From positions 960,001 to 1,024,000 of the forward strand of contig CAWGJT010000005.1 of NCBI GenBank assembly GCA_963822965.1: a stretch of DNA of 64,000 bases, given 5' to 3'. The notes under the pieces were generated by a model. That model saw only the letters and a list, made by a program, of their open reading frames with translations. It was not told where the DNA came from and did not search any database. This stretch comes from an uncultured delta proteobacterium (lineage in GTDB: Bacteria > Myxococcota_A > UBA9160 > UBA4427). The position numbers and the translations under genes were made by a program. Positions 44,545-54,265 of the stretch are shown in pieces (the stretch's first letter is position 1; each line of letters opens with the position of its first letter).

Positions 44545-46566
44545 TCAGGGCCGGACGATCTCGAAGGTGGGCTCGAAGGTATCGAGCATCCCGAAGAAGC
44601 CGAGCACGGCCAGGCGGCTGCCGTCGATGTCCACGTCGCCCGAGAGGATCGCCCCCTGCAGGGTGCGCTGACCGATCACGATCTCGTTCCAGGTGGACCG
44701 GGCGACCCGGAGCGTCGCGTCGGCGTCGGCCCGGGCGGGCGCCTCCCAGTGGTGGAGGACCGCGTTCTCCACCTCCAGCACGTGGCTCTCGTCGATGTCG
44801 GGGAACTCGAAGTTCAGCACCACGTGCTCCCCCGCGGCCTTCTCGCCGTTCAGGCGCACCGCCAGGGCGTCGAAGAAGAGCCCGCTCGGCATCGCGGACA
44901 CGATGTCCAGGGTACCCGTGGTGCGCACGGGCATCGCCGTAGCCCCGCGCCGCAGCTCGTTCGCGCCCGTGAGGTAGAAGTCGCGCCACGGACCCGATTC
45001 GGCCCGGTATCCCAGCTGGTCGTAGCACCGCGCCAGCAGCTCCCGCGCGGCCTCGTTGTCCGGATCCGCGAAGACCAGGTGATTCAGCACCATGGCGATG
45101 AAGCGGTACTCGCCCTTCTCGTAGGCGGCGCGGGCCTTCTCGAGCAGCGCGTCGGCGCCCCCCATGAACTCCACGTAACGCGGCGCCGCCTCCTCGGGCG
45201 GCAGGGGATCCAGGTTCGCGGGGTTGCCGTCGAACCAGCCGAAGTAGTGCTGGTAGACCGCCTTGGCGTTGTGGCTCACGCTGCCGTAGTAGCCGCGGTT
45301 GCCGAAGGTGAGGGCCAACGAATCGGGCAGGCGGATCTCCTCGGCGATCTCGCGCGGAGTGAGCCCGTGGTTCGCCAGCCGCAGGGTCTGGTCGTGGATG
45401 TACTTGTAGAGGTCGCGCTGCTTCTTCAGGTAGCCGACGACCCGGGCGTTGCCCTGGATGGGCCAGTGGTGGCTGGCGAAGAGCACCTCGACGTCGGCAC
45501 CGAAGAGCGCGATGGCCTGGTCGAGGTAGTTGCTCCACAGCAGGGCGTCGCGAACCTTCGCGCCGCGCAGGGTGTAGAGGTTGTGGAGCGTGTGCGTGAC
45601 GTTCTCGGCGCCGCACAGGGCGTGGAGATCCGGCAGCCAGATCATCATCTCCGCCGGCGCCTCGGCGCCGGGGGTGTTCTGGAAGACGAAGCGCACCCCG
45701 TCGAGGGTCATCTCGGTGGGCGTCTCGGAGACGAAGCGGTTGGGCGCCACCAGCCCGAAGGTGCCGGGCGTGGACGCCTTGCCGAGCCCCGAGTCCACGT
45801 GGCCCCGGGGCCCGCGACCGAGCAGGAAGCCGAACATGTAGGCCGCCCGCCGCGCCATGGTGGTGCCCGCCAGCACGTTCTCGGAGACCGCCTCCACCAG
45901 GAAGCCCTCGGGCGCGATCACCGGAACGTCCTTCGCGGCGGCCGGGTCGGGGATGACCGCACGCGCGCCGCCGAAGTGGTCGATGTGGCTGTGGGTGTAG
46001 ATGAGCGCCGAGATGGGCCGCGGGCCCAGGGTCGCAGCCACCAGGTCGAGGGCGGCCTGGGCGGTCTCCCGGGTGGTCATGGCGTCGATCACGATCCAGC
46101 CCGTATCGCCGGCGACGAGGGTCATGTTCGCCAGGTCGTAGCCGCGCACCTGGTAGATGCGCTCCTGCACCTGGAAGAGCCCGTGGATGCGGTTCAGCCG
46201 GGCCTGTCGCCACAGGCTCGGGTTCACGCTGTCGGGCGAGTCGCCCTCCTCGAACGTGAAGTCGTCGAGGTTCCAGACCACCTGGCCACTCTCGGTGCGG
46301 ATGACCGCGTCCTCGCGCGCGGCCAGGAAGCCGCGCTTCGCGTCGGCGAAGTCGCTCTCGTCCGCAAAGGGAAGCTCGCCCAGCACCTTCGCGTTCGCGT
46401 CCACCGTGAAGGACGACGGCGCCACGTGGCCGCTGGCGTCGTCCTCGCTGGCGGCGAGACGCCCCGGCTCGCCCGGGCGCTCGGAGCAGCCCCCGAGCGC
46501 CAGGACGAGAATGGATACGCAGAGACCGCAGGCGCGAAGCGCGCGCGGGGGTAGCGATACGGGCAT
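44545..46566 (-). CDS. Alkyl/aryl sulfatase (SdsA1/BDS1 family), lipoprotein
   Basis: Lipobox LGGC, NPSLWRQA.LN, QVRGYDLANMT, THSHIDHFGG, HNLYTLRGAKVRD, HHWP, RGYYGS, SCP2-like tail. Confidence 0.92.
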   Translation of the reverse strand: MPVSLPPRALRACGLCVSILVLALGGCSERPGEPGRLAASEDDASGHVAPSSFTVDANAKVLGELPFADESDFADAKRGFLAAREDAVIRTESGQVVWNLDDFTFEEGDSPDSVNPSLWRQARLNRIHGLFQVQERIYQVRGYDLANMTLVAGDTGWIVIDAMTTRETAQAALDLVAATLGPRPISALIYTHSHIDHFGGARAVIPDPAAAKDVPVIAPEGFLVEAVSENVLAGTTMARRAAYMFGFLLGRGPRGHVDSGLGKASTPGTFGLVAPNRFVSETPTEMTLDGVRFVFQNTPGAEAPAEMMIWLPDLHALCGAENVTHTLHNLYTLRGAKVRDALLWSNYLDQAIALFGADVEVLFASHHWPIQGNARVVGYLKKQRDLYKYIHDQTLRLANHGLTPREIAEEIRLPDSLALTFGNRGYYGSVSHNAKAVYQHYFGWFDGNPANLDPLPPEEAAPRYVEFMGGADALLEKARAAYEKGEYRFIAMVLNHLVFADPDNEAARELLARCYDQLGYRAESGPWRDFYLTGANELRRGATAMPVRTTGTLDIVSAMPSGLFFDALAVRLNGEKAAGEHVVLNFEFPDIDESHVLEVENAVLHHWEAPARADADATLRVARSTWNEIVIGQRTLQGAILSGDVDIDGSRLAVLGFFGMLDTFEPTFEIVRP

Positions 46567-46615
46567 GCAGCTCCCTCGGGTTGGCTGGGATGTCGGTGTC
46601 GGGTGGAACCCGGGC

Positions 46616-47527
46616 TCAGGAGATCCCGCCGTCGAGGTCCTGGCCGTTCATGCCCGCGTTCATGCGGGCACGCTTGACCATGTCGGTGACGATCGGGCCG
46701 AGCGTGGTGGGATCGGCGACGGCCTCGACGGTGGGGCCCCGGTGCCAGCCCTCGGCGACGGCCAGCATCTCGCCCGACGCCTCGAAGACGCGACCCGTGA
46801 CGGCCTTGGAGTCCGCGCTCGCGAGCCACGTGACGATGGGCGCGATCCAGCGCGGGTGCATGCGCTCCTTCCGCTCCTCGGAGGCCTGCCCCATGCCCAG
46901 GTCCTCGGTGAGGCGCGTGAGCGCACCGGGCGCCACGGCGTTCACCGTCACCCCGTACCGGGCGAGCTCGCGGGCGGCGATGATCGTGAAGGCCGCGATG
47001 CCCATCTTGGCGGCGCCGTAGTTCGTCTGGCCCGGGTTGCCGTAGATGCCGGAGACCGAGGTGGTGTTGATGATGCGGGCGTCCACGGGCTCGCCCTTCT
47101 TGGAGCGCTCGCGCCAGTACGCCGCCGCGTGACGCGCCGGCGCGAAGGTGCCCTTCAGGTGCACCTGGATGACGGCGTCCCATTCGGCCTCCTCCATGTT
47201 GACGAGCATGCGGTCGCGCAGGATGCCGGCGTTGTTGACCAGCACGTCGAGCCCGCCGAACTCGTCGATGGCCTGGTCGATCATGCGCTTGGCGGCCGCG
47301 AAATCGCTCACGTCGTCGCCGTTGGCCACGGCCTGCCCGCCGGCGTCGCGGATCTCCTTCACCACCTGCTCGGCGGGACCGAGATCCGAGCCGGTGCCGT
47401 CCCGCGCGCCGCCCAGGTCGTTGACCACCACCTTCGCGCCGTGGGCGGCCAGCATCAGGGCGTGCTCCTTGCCGATGCCGCGTCCGGCACCGGTCACGAT
47501 GGCGACACGGTCTTCACAAAAGCTCAT
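46616..47527 (-). CDS. SDR family oxidoreductase (HSD17B4/Fox2-like)
   Basis: IVTGAGRGIG, VVVNDLGG, VNNAGILRDR, HLKGTF, GNPGQTNYGAAK. Confidence 0.92.
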   Translation of the reverse strand: MSFCEDRVAIVTGAGRGIGKEHALMLAAHGAKVVVNDLGGARDGTGSDLGPAEQVVKEIRDAGGQAVANGDDVSDFAAAKRMIDQAIDEFGGLDVLVNNAGILRDRMLVNMEEAEWDAVIQVHLKGTFAPARHAAAYWRERSKKGEPVDARIINTTSVSGIYGNPGQTNYGAAKMGIAAFTIIAARELARYGVTVNAVAPGALTRLTEDLGMGQASEERKERMHPRWIAPIVTWLASADSKAVTGRVFEASGEMLAVAEGWHRGPTVEAVADPTTLGPIVTDMVKRARMNAGMNGQDLDGGIS

Positions 47528-47631
47528 GGGGGATCTCCTGCGTTTCTCCACGGCGGGCGAGCCGCCCGGCCGATTGGAGGTGGAAGGCGAGGAACCACCG
47601 GGGACGCGCCCGGACCGGCATTCTACCCCCG

Positions 47632-48324
47632 TCAGCCCGTGGCCGAGGAGCGAAGGGGCTCGCACTCGGCGGCCGGCTCGAGCCGCCCCAGAGCCGCGTC
47701 GATGAACAGCGCCGCCATGCGGTCCACCTGCTCGGGGTCGGCGCCCATCAGCTTCTGCTGGGCGGTCATCTGGGCGCTGCCGATGAGCATGCGGGCGCTG
47801 GTCTCGGGATCGACGCTGGTGGGCACCTCGCCGCGGGCCTGGCCCCGGCGGATCGTGCGCATGTGGTTCGCGACGAGCTTCTCGATGAGCTCCAGGTAAC
47901 GGGGCCACAGGTCCTCGCGCATGGCGGTGCTCCAATCGAGGGCCAGGCGCGCGTGGTGCGGGTGGCTGATGAGGGAGTCGTGGAAGGCCTTGCGGTGGTC
48001 GAGCAGGATCTCGCGGCAGGTCTTGTCCTGCTGGTGCACGCCGAGCGCGAGCTGCAGGTACAGGCGGCCCACCTCCGCGAGCACGGCGTCCACCAGCGCC
48101 TCCCGGGTCTTGAAGTAGAGGAAGACCGTGGAGACCGCGACGCCCGCGGCCTCGGCGATCTCGGCGTGGCCCGCGCGTCCGAAGCCGCGGCGCGCGAACA
48201 CCTCGAGGGCCGTCTCGAGGAGCTGCGCCCGGCGCTCCGCGGGCGGCAGGCGGCGACGGCCCGGCGCGCCACGCGCCGTCTCGGGCGGGCCACCGGCAGG
48301 TCGGTCGTTCTCGGGATTCGTCAT
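47632..48324 (-). CDS. TetR family regulator resembling Vibrio LuxR/HapR/SmcR
   Basis: ALEVFARRGFGRAGHAEIAE..V.V.TVF.YF.TRE.LVD.VL, plus C-terminal DWSTAMREDLWP and RGEV....PE. Its ATG overlaps the WS/DGAT stop (ATGA). Confidence 0.9.
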   Translation of the reverse strand: MTNPENDRPAGGPPETARGAPGRRRLPPAERRAQLLETALEVFARRGFGRAGHAEIAEAAGVAVSTVFLYFKTREALVDAVLAEVGRLYLQLALGVHQQDKTCREILLDHRKAFHDSLISHPHHARLALDWSTAMREDLWPRYLELIEKLVANHMRTIRRGQARGEVPTSVDPETSARMLIGSAQMTAQQKLMGADPEQVDRMAALFIDAALGRLEPAAECEPLRSSATG

Positions 48325-49784
48325 GACCGCTCGTCCCAGGCCGCCGAGACCACCTCGTCGAAGCCCTTGCGCACGCACTCGACGAAGAGACGCGGCTCGG
48401 TGACGGCCGCCGGGTCGGCGTTGACGCCCACGGCGAGCTCGCCGTCGTAGCTGAAGCAGGTGACGTTGACCGCGGCGCCCGCGAGCGGCCCGAAGCCGAA
48501 CATGTGCTCGATGCGCGCGCCGCTCATGAAGACCGGGAAGCGCGGCCCCGGCACGTTGCTGGTGGTGAAGTCGATGGACTTCATCAGCAGGCCCGCGAAG
48601 CGCGCGGGCCCGGCTCCGGGCAGCGCGCCGATCACCGACGAGATCTCCTCCATCAGCGGCAGCGCCGGCTCGTCGCGCTGGGCGGCGACCCGCCGGCGGA
48701 TCTCGCGCATGCGCTCGCCCGGGTCGCGGATGTCCACGGGCACCGGGAAGCGAACGGGCACGAACTGGTTGCCGGCGTCGCGCGCCTTGTCGCCGCCCCG
48801 CATGTTGATCGGCATGCTCATGCGCAGCTCCTCGACCGGCGCGCCCTGACTCTCGTGATACAGGCGCAGGCCGCCGGTCACGCCCGCCACGAAGGCGTCG
48901 TTCACCGTGCCGCCGACAGCATGCCCGGCGCGCTTCAGCTGCTCGAGGGGCAGGAAGATCACGTCGTAGCGGTTGGAGAGGGAGCGGCCGCGCATCACCG
49001 GGCTCAGGGGCTCGGTGACCGGGGCCAGCAGACGACCCAGGGATCGCACGCCCTCCGCGGCCCGCTGCGCGGTCTCCAGGGGATGGCGCGCGAAGTCCAC
49101 CAGGGTGGTCCGGAACGCCTCGGCGATGCGACCGGCGCGCGTGGCGCTGCTGCGGAGGCGCGCGGCGCCGGCCCGGCGCGTGCGCTCGAGGGCCGTCGGA
49201 ACCTCGGCGCGCACCCACGGCCGCCGGCTCTCGCTCGATTCGCGCGCTTCGCCAGGCTCGCCGACCTCCGCCTCGCGGGTGCGCTCGATCATCCCCTCGG
49301 TCATGCGCACGAGGCCCACGCCGTCGCTGATGGCGTGATGCAACTTCATCACGACCCCGGCGCGGCCACCCGCCAGGCCCTCGAAGACGTGCAGCTCCCA
49401 CAGCGGCCGGTCGCGATCGAAGGCCTGCATGCCGATGGGCTGGGCGGCGTCCACCAACGCGCGCAGCGATCCGTCCCCGGGCGCATGGGCCAGGCGCAGG
49501 TGGAAGGAGAGATCGAAGTTCGGGTCCTCTTCCCAGGAGGGCGGCGCCAGACCGAGCCGGTCGGCGACGGGCCGCTGGCGAAGGCGCGGCACCTGCTGGA
49601 CCACCTCCTCGAGCTTGCGCTGGAAGCGTTCGGGGTCCGGCGCAGAGTCCAGCACCCAGACGCAGACGATCGTCGAGCGCAGGGCGGGATCGCTCTCGAT
49701 GGTCCACATGAGGGCGTCGGACTCGCTCATGCGGTCGTTGAACCGGGTGCGGGAATGCGTCGGGGGGATCTGGGAGGCGCTCAC
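48321..49784 (-). CDS. Wax ester synthase / diacylglycerol acyltransferase (WS/DGAT)
   Basis: FDLSFHLR, DRDRPLWE, catalytic HHAISDG, TVND, TTSNVPGP, SYDGEL. Confidence 0.92.
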   Translation of the reverse strand: MSASQIPPTHSRTRFNDRMSESDALMWTIESDPALRSTIVCVWVLDSAPDPERFQRKLEEVVQQVPRLRQRPVADRLGLAPPSWEEDPNFDLSFHLRLAHAPGDGSLRALVDAAQPIGMQAFDRDRPLWELHVFEGLAGGRAGVVMKLHHAISDGVGLVRMTEGMIERTREAEVGEPGEARESSESRRPWVRAEVPTALERTRRAGAARLRSSATRAGRIAEAFRTTLVDFARHPLETAQRAAEGVRSLGRLLAPVTEPLSPVMRGRSLSNRYDVIFLPLEQLKRAGHAVGGTVNDAFVAGVTGGLRLYHESQGAPVEELRMSMPINMRGGDKARDAGNQFVPVRFPVPVDIRDPGERMREIRRRVAAQRDEPALPLMEEISSVIGALPGAGPARFAGLLMKSIDFTTSNVPGPRFPVFMSGARIEHMFGFGPLAGAAVNVTCFSYDGELAVGVNADPAAVTEPRLFVECVRKGFDEVVSAAWDERS

Positions 49785-49845
49785 GCTCTCTCCTCCTGCG
49801 GGTGCCGGGCGCCTGGCAGGCCTGGGAGCCGGGGGGCGCGGACCG

Positions 49846-49893
49846 TTGATGACCGATCTATCAGTTAATCTCTACTGATAGAATTGTCAACAA
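49846..49893 (-). promoter_or_regulatory. sigma70-type promoter of the ws/dgat-tetR operon overlapped by two inverted ~20-bp operator boxes
   Basis: Minus strand TTGACA (49885-90)-N16-TTAACT (49863-68); perfect inverted repeat TCTATCAGT-N8-ACTGATAGA (49857-49882), extending to 16/20 arms. Confidence 0.75.
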
Positions 49894-49994
49894 GGAGCCC
49901 CCGCTCCGTGGCGGCTTGCCGGATTCATCCCTTGGGGGATACTTCTGGGTCCGGGGCCAGAGGCGAAGAGCGACGAGGAGAGGAGAAAAGCCGC

Positions 49995-50963
49995 GTGATC
50001 TACGACGACATCCTGAAGACCATCGGAAACACACCCGTCATCAAGCTCAACCGCATCGCCCCGAAGCACGTCGAGATGTACGCGAAGGTGGAGTCCTTCA
50101 ACCCGATCGGGTCCGTCAAGGATCGTCTCGCCTTCGCGATCATCGACGACGCCGAGCGCCGCGGCGTCCTGAAGCCGGGACAGACGGTGGTCGAGGCCAC
50201 CTCGGGCAACACCGGCATCGCTCTGGCCATGGTGTGCGCCGCCAAGGGCTACCCGTTCGTGGCGGTGATGGCGGAGAGCTTCTCGGTGGAGCGCCGCCAG
50301 ATCATCCGCGCCATGGGCGGCAAGGTCATCCTCACCCCCGCCAAGGAGCGCGGCACCGGCATGGTGACGAAGGCCGCGGAGCTCGCGAAGCGCTTTGGCT
50401 GGTTCCTCACCGAGCAGTTCGACAACCCCGCGAACCCCGCCTATCACCGCCAGACCACCGGCCCCGAGATCCTGCGCGACTTCGCCGGGCGGCGGCTCGA
50501 CTACTGGGTCTCCGGCTGGGGAACGGGCGGCACCCTCACCGGGGCCGGCGAGGTGATCAAGGTCGCCCGGCCGAACGTGAAGATCGTCGCCACCGAGCCC
50601 GCCGGCGCCTCGATGCTGGCCGGCAAGGAGTGGCAGCCCCACAAGATCCAGGGCTGGACGCCGGACTTCATCCCCAGCGTGCTGAACCCGAAGGTCTACG
50701 ACGAGCTGGTGCCCGTGACCGACGAGGAGTCGCGGGAGGTGGCCCGGCGCCTCGCCCACGAGGAGGGCCTCTTCGTGGGTCTCTCTTCCGGAGCCACCTG
50801 CGCGGCCGGCCTGCAGGTGGCCGAGAAGGCGGAGAAGGGCGCGGTCATCCTGGTGATGCTGCCCGACACCGGAGAGCGATACCTCAGCACCTATCTGTGC
50901 GAAGACCTGCCGACCGGCTCGGACGACGAGTGGCTGGCCGAGCAGGAGAAGGCGCACGCCTGA
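49995..50963 (+). CDS. cysK: Cysteine synthase
   Basis: IGNTP, KVESFNPIGSVKDR, EATSGNTGI, QFDNPAN, GTGGT, PHKIQG, PDTGERYLST. Confidence 0.93.
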   Translation: MIYDDILKTIGNTPVIKLNRIAPKHVEMYAKVESFNPIGSVKDRLAFAIIDDAERRGVLKPGQTVVEATSGNTGIALAMVCAAKGYPFVAVMAESFSVERRQIIRAMGGKVILTPAKERGTGMVTKAAELAKRFGWFLTEQFDNPANPAYHRQTTGPEILRDFAGRRLDYWVSGWGTGGTLTGAGEVIKVARPNVKIVATEPAGASMLAGKEWQPHKIQGWTPDFIPSVLNPKVYDELVPVTDEESREVARRLAHEEGLFVGLSSGATCAAGLQVAEKAEKGAVILVMLPDTGERYLSTYLCEDLPTGSDDEWLAEQEKAHA

Positions 50964-50978
50964 CCCCCCTACCCGAGC

Positions 50979-51000
50979 GCGGGCTCCGGCCGGAGCCCGC
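50979..51000. other. 22-bp perfect palindrome in the cysK-deacylase spacer (hairpin)
   Basis: GCGGGCTCCGG|CCGGAGCCCGC; no U-tract. Confidence 0.4.
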
Positions 51001-51024
51001 CCGCAAACGAAGATTGGAGCCCCC

Positions 51025-52770
51025 ATGCACGACCTCGTGATTCGCGGTGGAACCCTCGTCGACGGAACCGGCGCCGCCCCGCGCCGGGCGGACGTGGCGA
51101 TCGACGGAGACCGCATCGTCGCCGTGGGCGACGACGTGGGCGAGGGCCGCCGGGAGATCGACGCGCAGGGGCTGCTCGTGACCCCGGGCTGGGTCGACAT
51201 CCACACCCACTACGACGGCCAGGTCACCTGGGACACGCACCTCACGCCGTCGGGCTGGAACGGGGTCACCACCATCGTGATGGGCAACTGCGGCGTGGGC
51301 TTCGCGCCGGTGAAGCCCGGCCAGGAGGACTACCTCATCCAGCTGATGGAGGGGGTGGAGGACATCCCGGGCACGGCGCTCTCCGAGGGCATCCGCTGGG
51401 AGTGGGAGAGCTTCCCGCAGTACCTCGACGCCGTAGAGCGCATGCGCCGGGCCATCGACGTCGGCGCCCAGGTGCCTCACGGCGCCGTGCGCACCTACGT
51501 GATGGGCGAGCGGGGCGCGAAGAACGAGAAGGCCACGCCCGAGGACATCGAGCGGATGGCGGCGCTGGTGCGCGAGGCGCTGCAGGCCGGGGCGCTGGGC
51601 TTCTCGACGTCGCGCACCATCCTGCACCGCGCCAAGGACGGCGAGGTGGTACCCGGCACCAACGCCACGGACGAGGAAGTGCTCGGCATCGGCCGGGTGC
51701 TCGGCGAGGTGGGCCACGGCGTCTTCGAGGTGGCGAGCGACCTCGCACCCGAGGGCGACGAGCTGGCCTGGATGAGCCAGCTCGGCAAGGAGACGGGACG
51801 CCCCGTCTCGTTCGCGTGCCTGCAGAGCCCGATGGACCCCGACCAGTGGCGGCGGCTGCTGTCCGCGTGCGAGAAGGACGCCGCCGAGGGCGGGCACCTG
51901 ACACCCCAGGTCGCCCAGCGTCCCGCCGGGCTGCTGCTGGGATTCGAGAGCACCGTGCACCCGTTCGTCGCGCACCCGGGCTACCAGGAGATCGCGGCGC
52001 TGCCGCGCGCCGAGCGGCTCGCGAAGCTCGCCGACCCCGCCGTGCGGGCGCACATCCTGGCGAGCCAGCCGGACTACAGCGGCCTGCCGGGTCCTGCGAT
52101 GATCGTCATGATGGGCTTCCCCATGATGTTCCCCCTCGGCGACCCGCCGGACTACGAGCCCGGCCCCGAGAAGAGCATCGCCGCCATCGCCAAGCGCGAG
52201 GGACACGAGCCCCTCGAGGTGGTGTACGACGTGATGATGGAGAACGGCGGCCGGGGCCTCGTCTACATGCCGCTGCTGGGCTACGCGAACGGCAGCCTGG
52301 AGCCCATCCGCGAGATGATGCTGCACCCGCAGTCGGTCTTCGGGCTGTCGGACGGCGGCGCCCACTGCGGGCTCATCTGCGACGCCAGCATGCCGACCTT
52401 CCTGCTCACCCACTGGGCGCGCGACCGTTCGCGCGGCGAGCGCATTCCGCTCGAGACCCTGGTGGAGCGCCAGACGCGGCGCACCGCGCGCTTCTACGGC
52501 ATGGAGGATCGCGGGGTCGTGGCGCCGGGCATGAAGGCCGACCTGAACGTGATCGACTTCGACCGGCTGCACATCCACGCGCCGGAGATGGTCTACGACC
52601 TGCCCGCCGAGGGGAAGCGGCTGATCCAGAAGGTGGACGGCTACCGCTACACCGTCTGCAGCGGCGAGGTGATCTACGAGGACGGCAAGCCCACGGGCGC
52701 CCTACCCGGCCGGCTGGTCCGCGGCCCGCAGCCCGCGCCCGACGAGTCCCGAAGCACCACGAGCGCCTGA
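51025..52770 (+). CDS. N-acyl-D-amino-acid deacylase family amidohydrolase
   Basis: [44 protein letters not shown]. Confidence 0.9.
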   Translation: MHDLVIRGGTLVDGTGAAPRRADVAIDGDRIVAVGDDVGEGRREIDAQGLLVTPGWVDIHTHYDGQVTWDTHLTPSGWNGVTTIVMGNCGVGFAPVKPGQEDYLIQLMEGVEDIPGTALSEGIRWEWESFPQYLDAVERMRRAIDVGAQVPHGAVRTYVMGERGAKNEKATPEDIERMAALVREALQAGALGFSTSRTILHRAKDGEVVPGTNATDEEVLGIGRVLGEVGHGVFEVASDLAPEGDELAWMSQLGKETGRPVSFACLQSPMDPDQWRRLLSACEKDAAEGGHLTPQVAQRPAGLLLGFESTVHPFVAHPGYQEIAALPRAERLAKLADPAVRAHILASQPDYSGLPGPAMIVMMGFPMMFPLGDPPDYEPGPEKSIAAIAKREGHEPLEVVYDVMMENGGRGLVYMPLLGYANGSLEPIREMMLHPQSVFGLSDGGAHCGLICDASMPTFLLTHWARDRSRGERIPLETLVERQTRRTARFYGMEDRGVVAPGMKADLNVIDFDRLHIHAPEMVYDLPAEGKRLIQKVDGYRYTVCSGEVIYEDGKPTGALPGRLVRGPQPAPDESRSTTSA

Positions 52771-52791
52771 GAGCGTCCGGGCGGGGTCTCC

Positions 52792-54246
52792 GTGACGGTC
52801 CGAGTCGCGCGCGCGGCGGGCCTGGCGATGGCGACGGGACTGGTCGCCAGCCAGGCCCTCGCCGCCACGGAGACGGCCCACACCGACGTCTTCTCGCTCA
52901 TCCTGCTCGAGCTCGTCGGCGTCATCGCCATCGCCGGCCTGGGTCGCTACCTGACGGGACTGGTGGGACAGCCCGCGGTGCTGGGCGAGCTGCTGGTGGG
53001 AATCGGCGCCGGCAATCTGGGCGTCTGGCTCGGCATCCCGTTGGCCGTCATCGTGATGCACCTCTCCGACGTGGGCCCCGTCTGGCAGCAGGTCTGGCAG
53101 AACGACCTCGGCGTCCACGAGGCCGCCCGGCGGGTGCTCGAGGCCGGCGGCATCGCCACCAGCCGGGGCGGCGCCGAGCTCGTCCGCGAGCTCACGGGCG
53201 ACGGTGCGGCGGCCCGCATGATGATGATCGCGGCGCTGTGGATCTTCTCGAACCTGGGCGTGATCCTGCTGCTCTTCCTGGTGGGTCTCGAGTCGAGCGT
53301 GGCGGAGATGCTCGAGGTGGGAGCGAGCGCGACCCTGGTCGCCTGCGTCGGCGTCATCCTCCCCCTGGTGCTCGGCTACGGCGCCTCCGCGCTGCTCCAG
53401 CCGGAGGCGCGCGACGTCGAGCACCTCTTCGTGGGCGCGGCGCTCACGGCCACCAGCGTGGGCATCACCGCGGCGGTGCTGCGCGAGATCGGCGTCATGC
53501 AGACCCGCTCGGCCCGGGTCATCCTGGGCGCCGCGGTGATCGACGACGTGCTGGGCCTGCTGATCCTCGCGGTGTCGGTCGGCATCGCAGCGAACGGCGA
53601 GGTGAGGCTGGGCGACATCGCCCGCATCGGCGTGCTGGCGGCGGTCTTCCTCGGGGCGGTGATGTGGATCGGCGAGCGCACGGTGGGCGTCGGCGCCCGG
53701 CTGCTCGCCCTGCTCGGGCGCCAGCACCTGAAGCTGCTCTTCCCCATCGGGCTCGCCTTCTTCATGGCCTGGGTGGCGAGCCAGCTCGGGCTCGCCACCA
53801 TCGTGGGCGCCTTCGCGGCGGGGCTCATCCTGTCCGAGGAGCACTTCGGCGACGTCGACGAGCCCGCGGTCGAGGTGCTCGTCGGGCCCATCGAGCGCCT
53901 CTTCGCGCCCATCTTCTTCGTGCTGATGGGCATGCAGGTGGACCTGCGTGCCTTCGCGGATCCCGGCATCCTGCGCCTGGCGGGCGTCCTCATCGTGATC
54001 GCCCTCGCCACCAAGGCCCTGGCGGGCTTCGCGGCCGGTCGCGGCACGGACAAGATCCTGGTGGGGATCGGGATGATTCCCCGCGGCGAGGTGGGGCTCA
54101 TCTTCGCGAGCATCGGGAAGACCATGGGCGTGCTCAGCAGCTCGGTCTTCTCGGCCATCGTGGTGGTCGTGATCACCAGCACCCTGGTGACGCCGCCGAT
54201 GCTCAAGTGGTCGGCGGGCCGGGCGGGGGCGCCGGCCGAGCGCTGA
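52792..54246 (+). CDS. Cation:proton antiporter (CPA2 family)
   Basis: QPAVLGELLVG, LLFLVGLES, ATSVGIT, GAAVIDD, GAFAAG, GMIPRGEV. Start uncertain. Confidence 0.9.
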   Translation: MTVRVARAAGLAMATGLVASQALAATETAHTDVFSLILLELVGVIAIAGLGRYLTGLVGQPAVLGELLVGIGAGNLGVWLGIPLAVIVMHLSDVGPVWQQVWQNDLGVHEAARRVLEAGGIATSRGGAELVRELTGDGAAARMMMIAALWIFSNLGVILLLFLVGLESSVAEMLEVGASATLVACVGVILPLVLGYGASALLQPEARDVEHLFVGAALTATSVGITAAVLREIGVMQTRSARVILGAAVIDDVLGLLILAVSVGIAANGEVRLGDIARIGVLAAVFLGAVMWIGERTVGVGARLLALLGRQHLKLLFPIGLAFFMAWVASQLGLATIVGAFAAGLILSEEHFGDVDEPAVEVLVGPIERLFAPIFFVLMGMQVDLRAFADPGILRLAGVLIVIALATKALAGFAAGRGTDKILVGIGMIPRGEVGLIFASIGKTMGVLSSSVFSAIVVVVITSTLVTPPMLKWSAGRAGAPAER

Positions 54247-54265
54247 CCCATGCGGGCGCGCCGGC

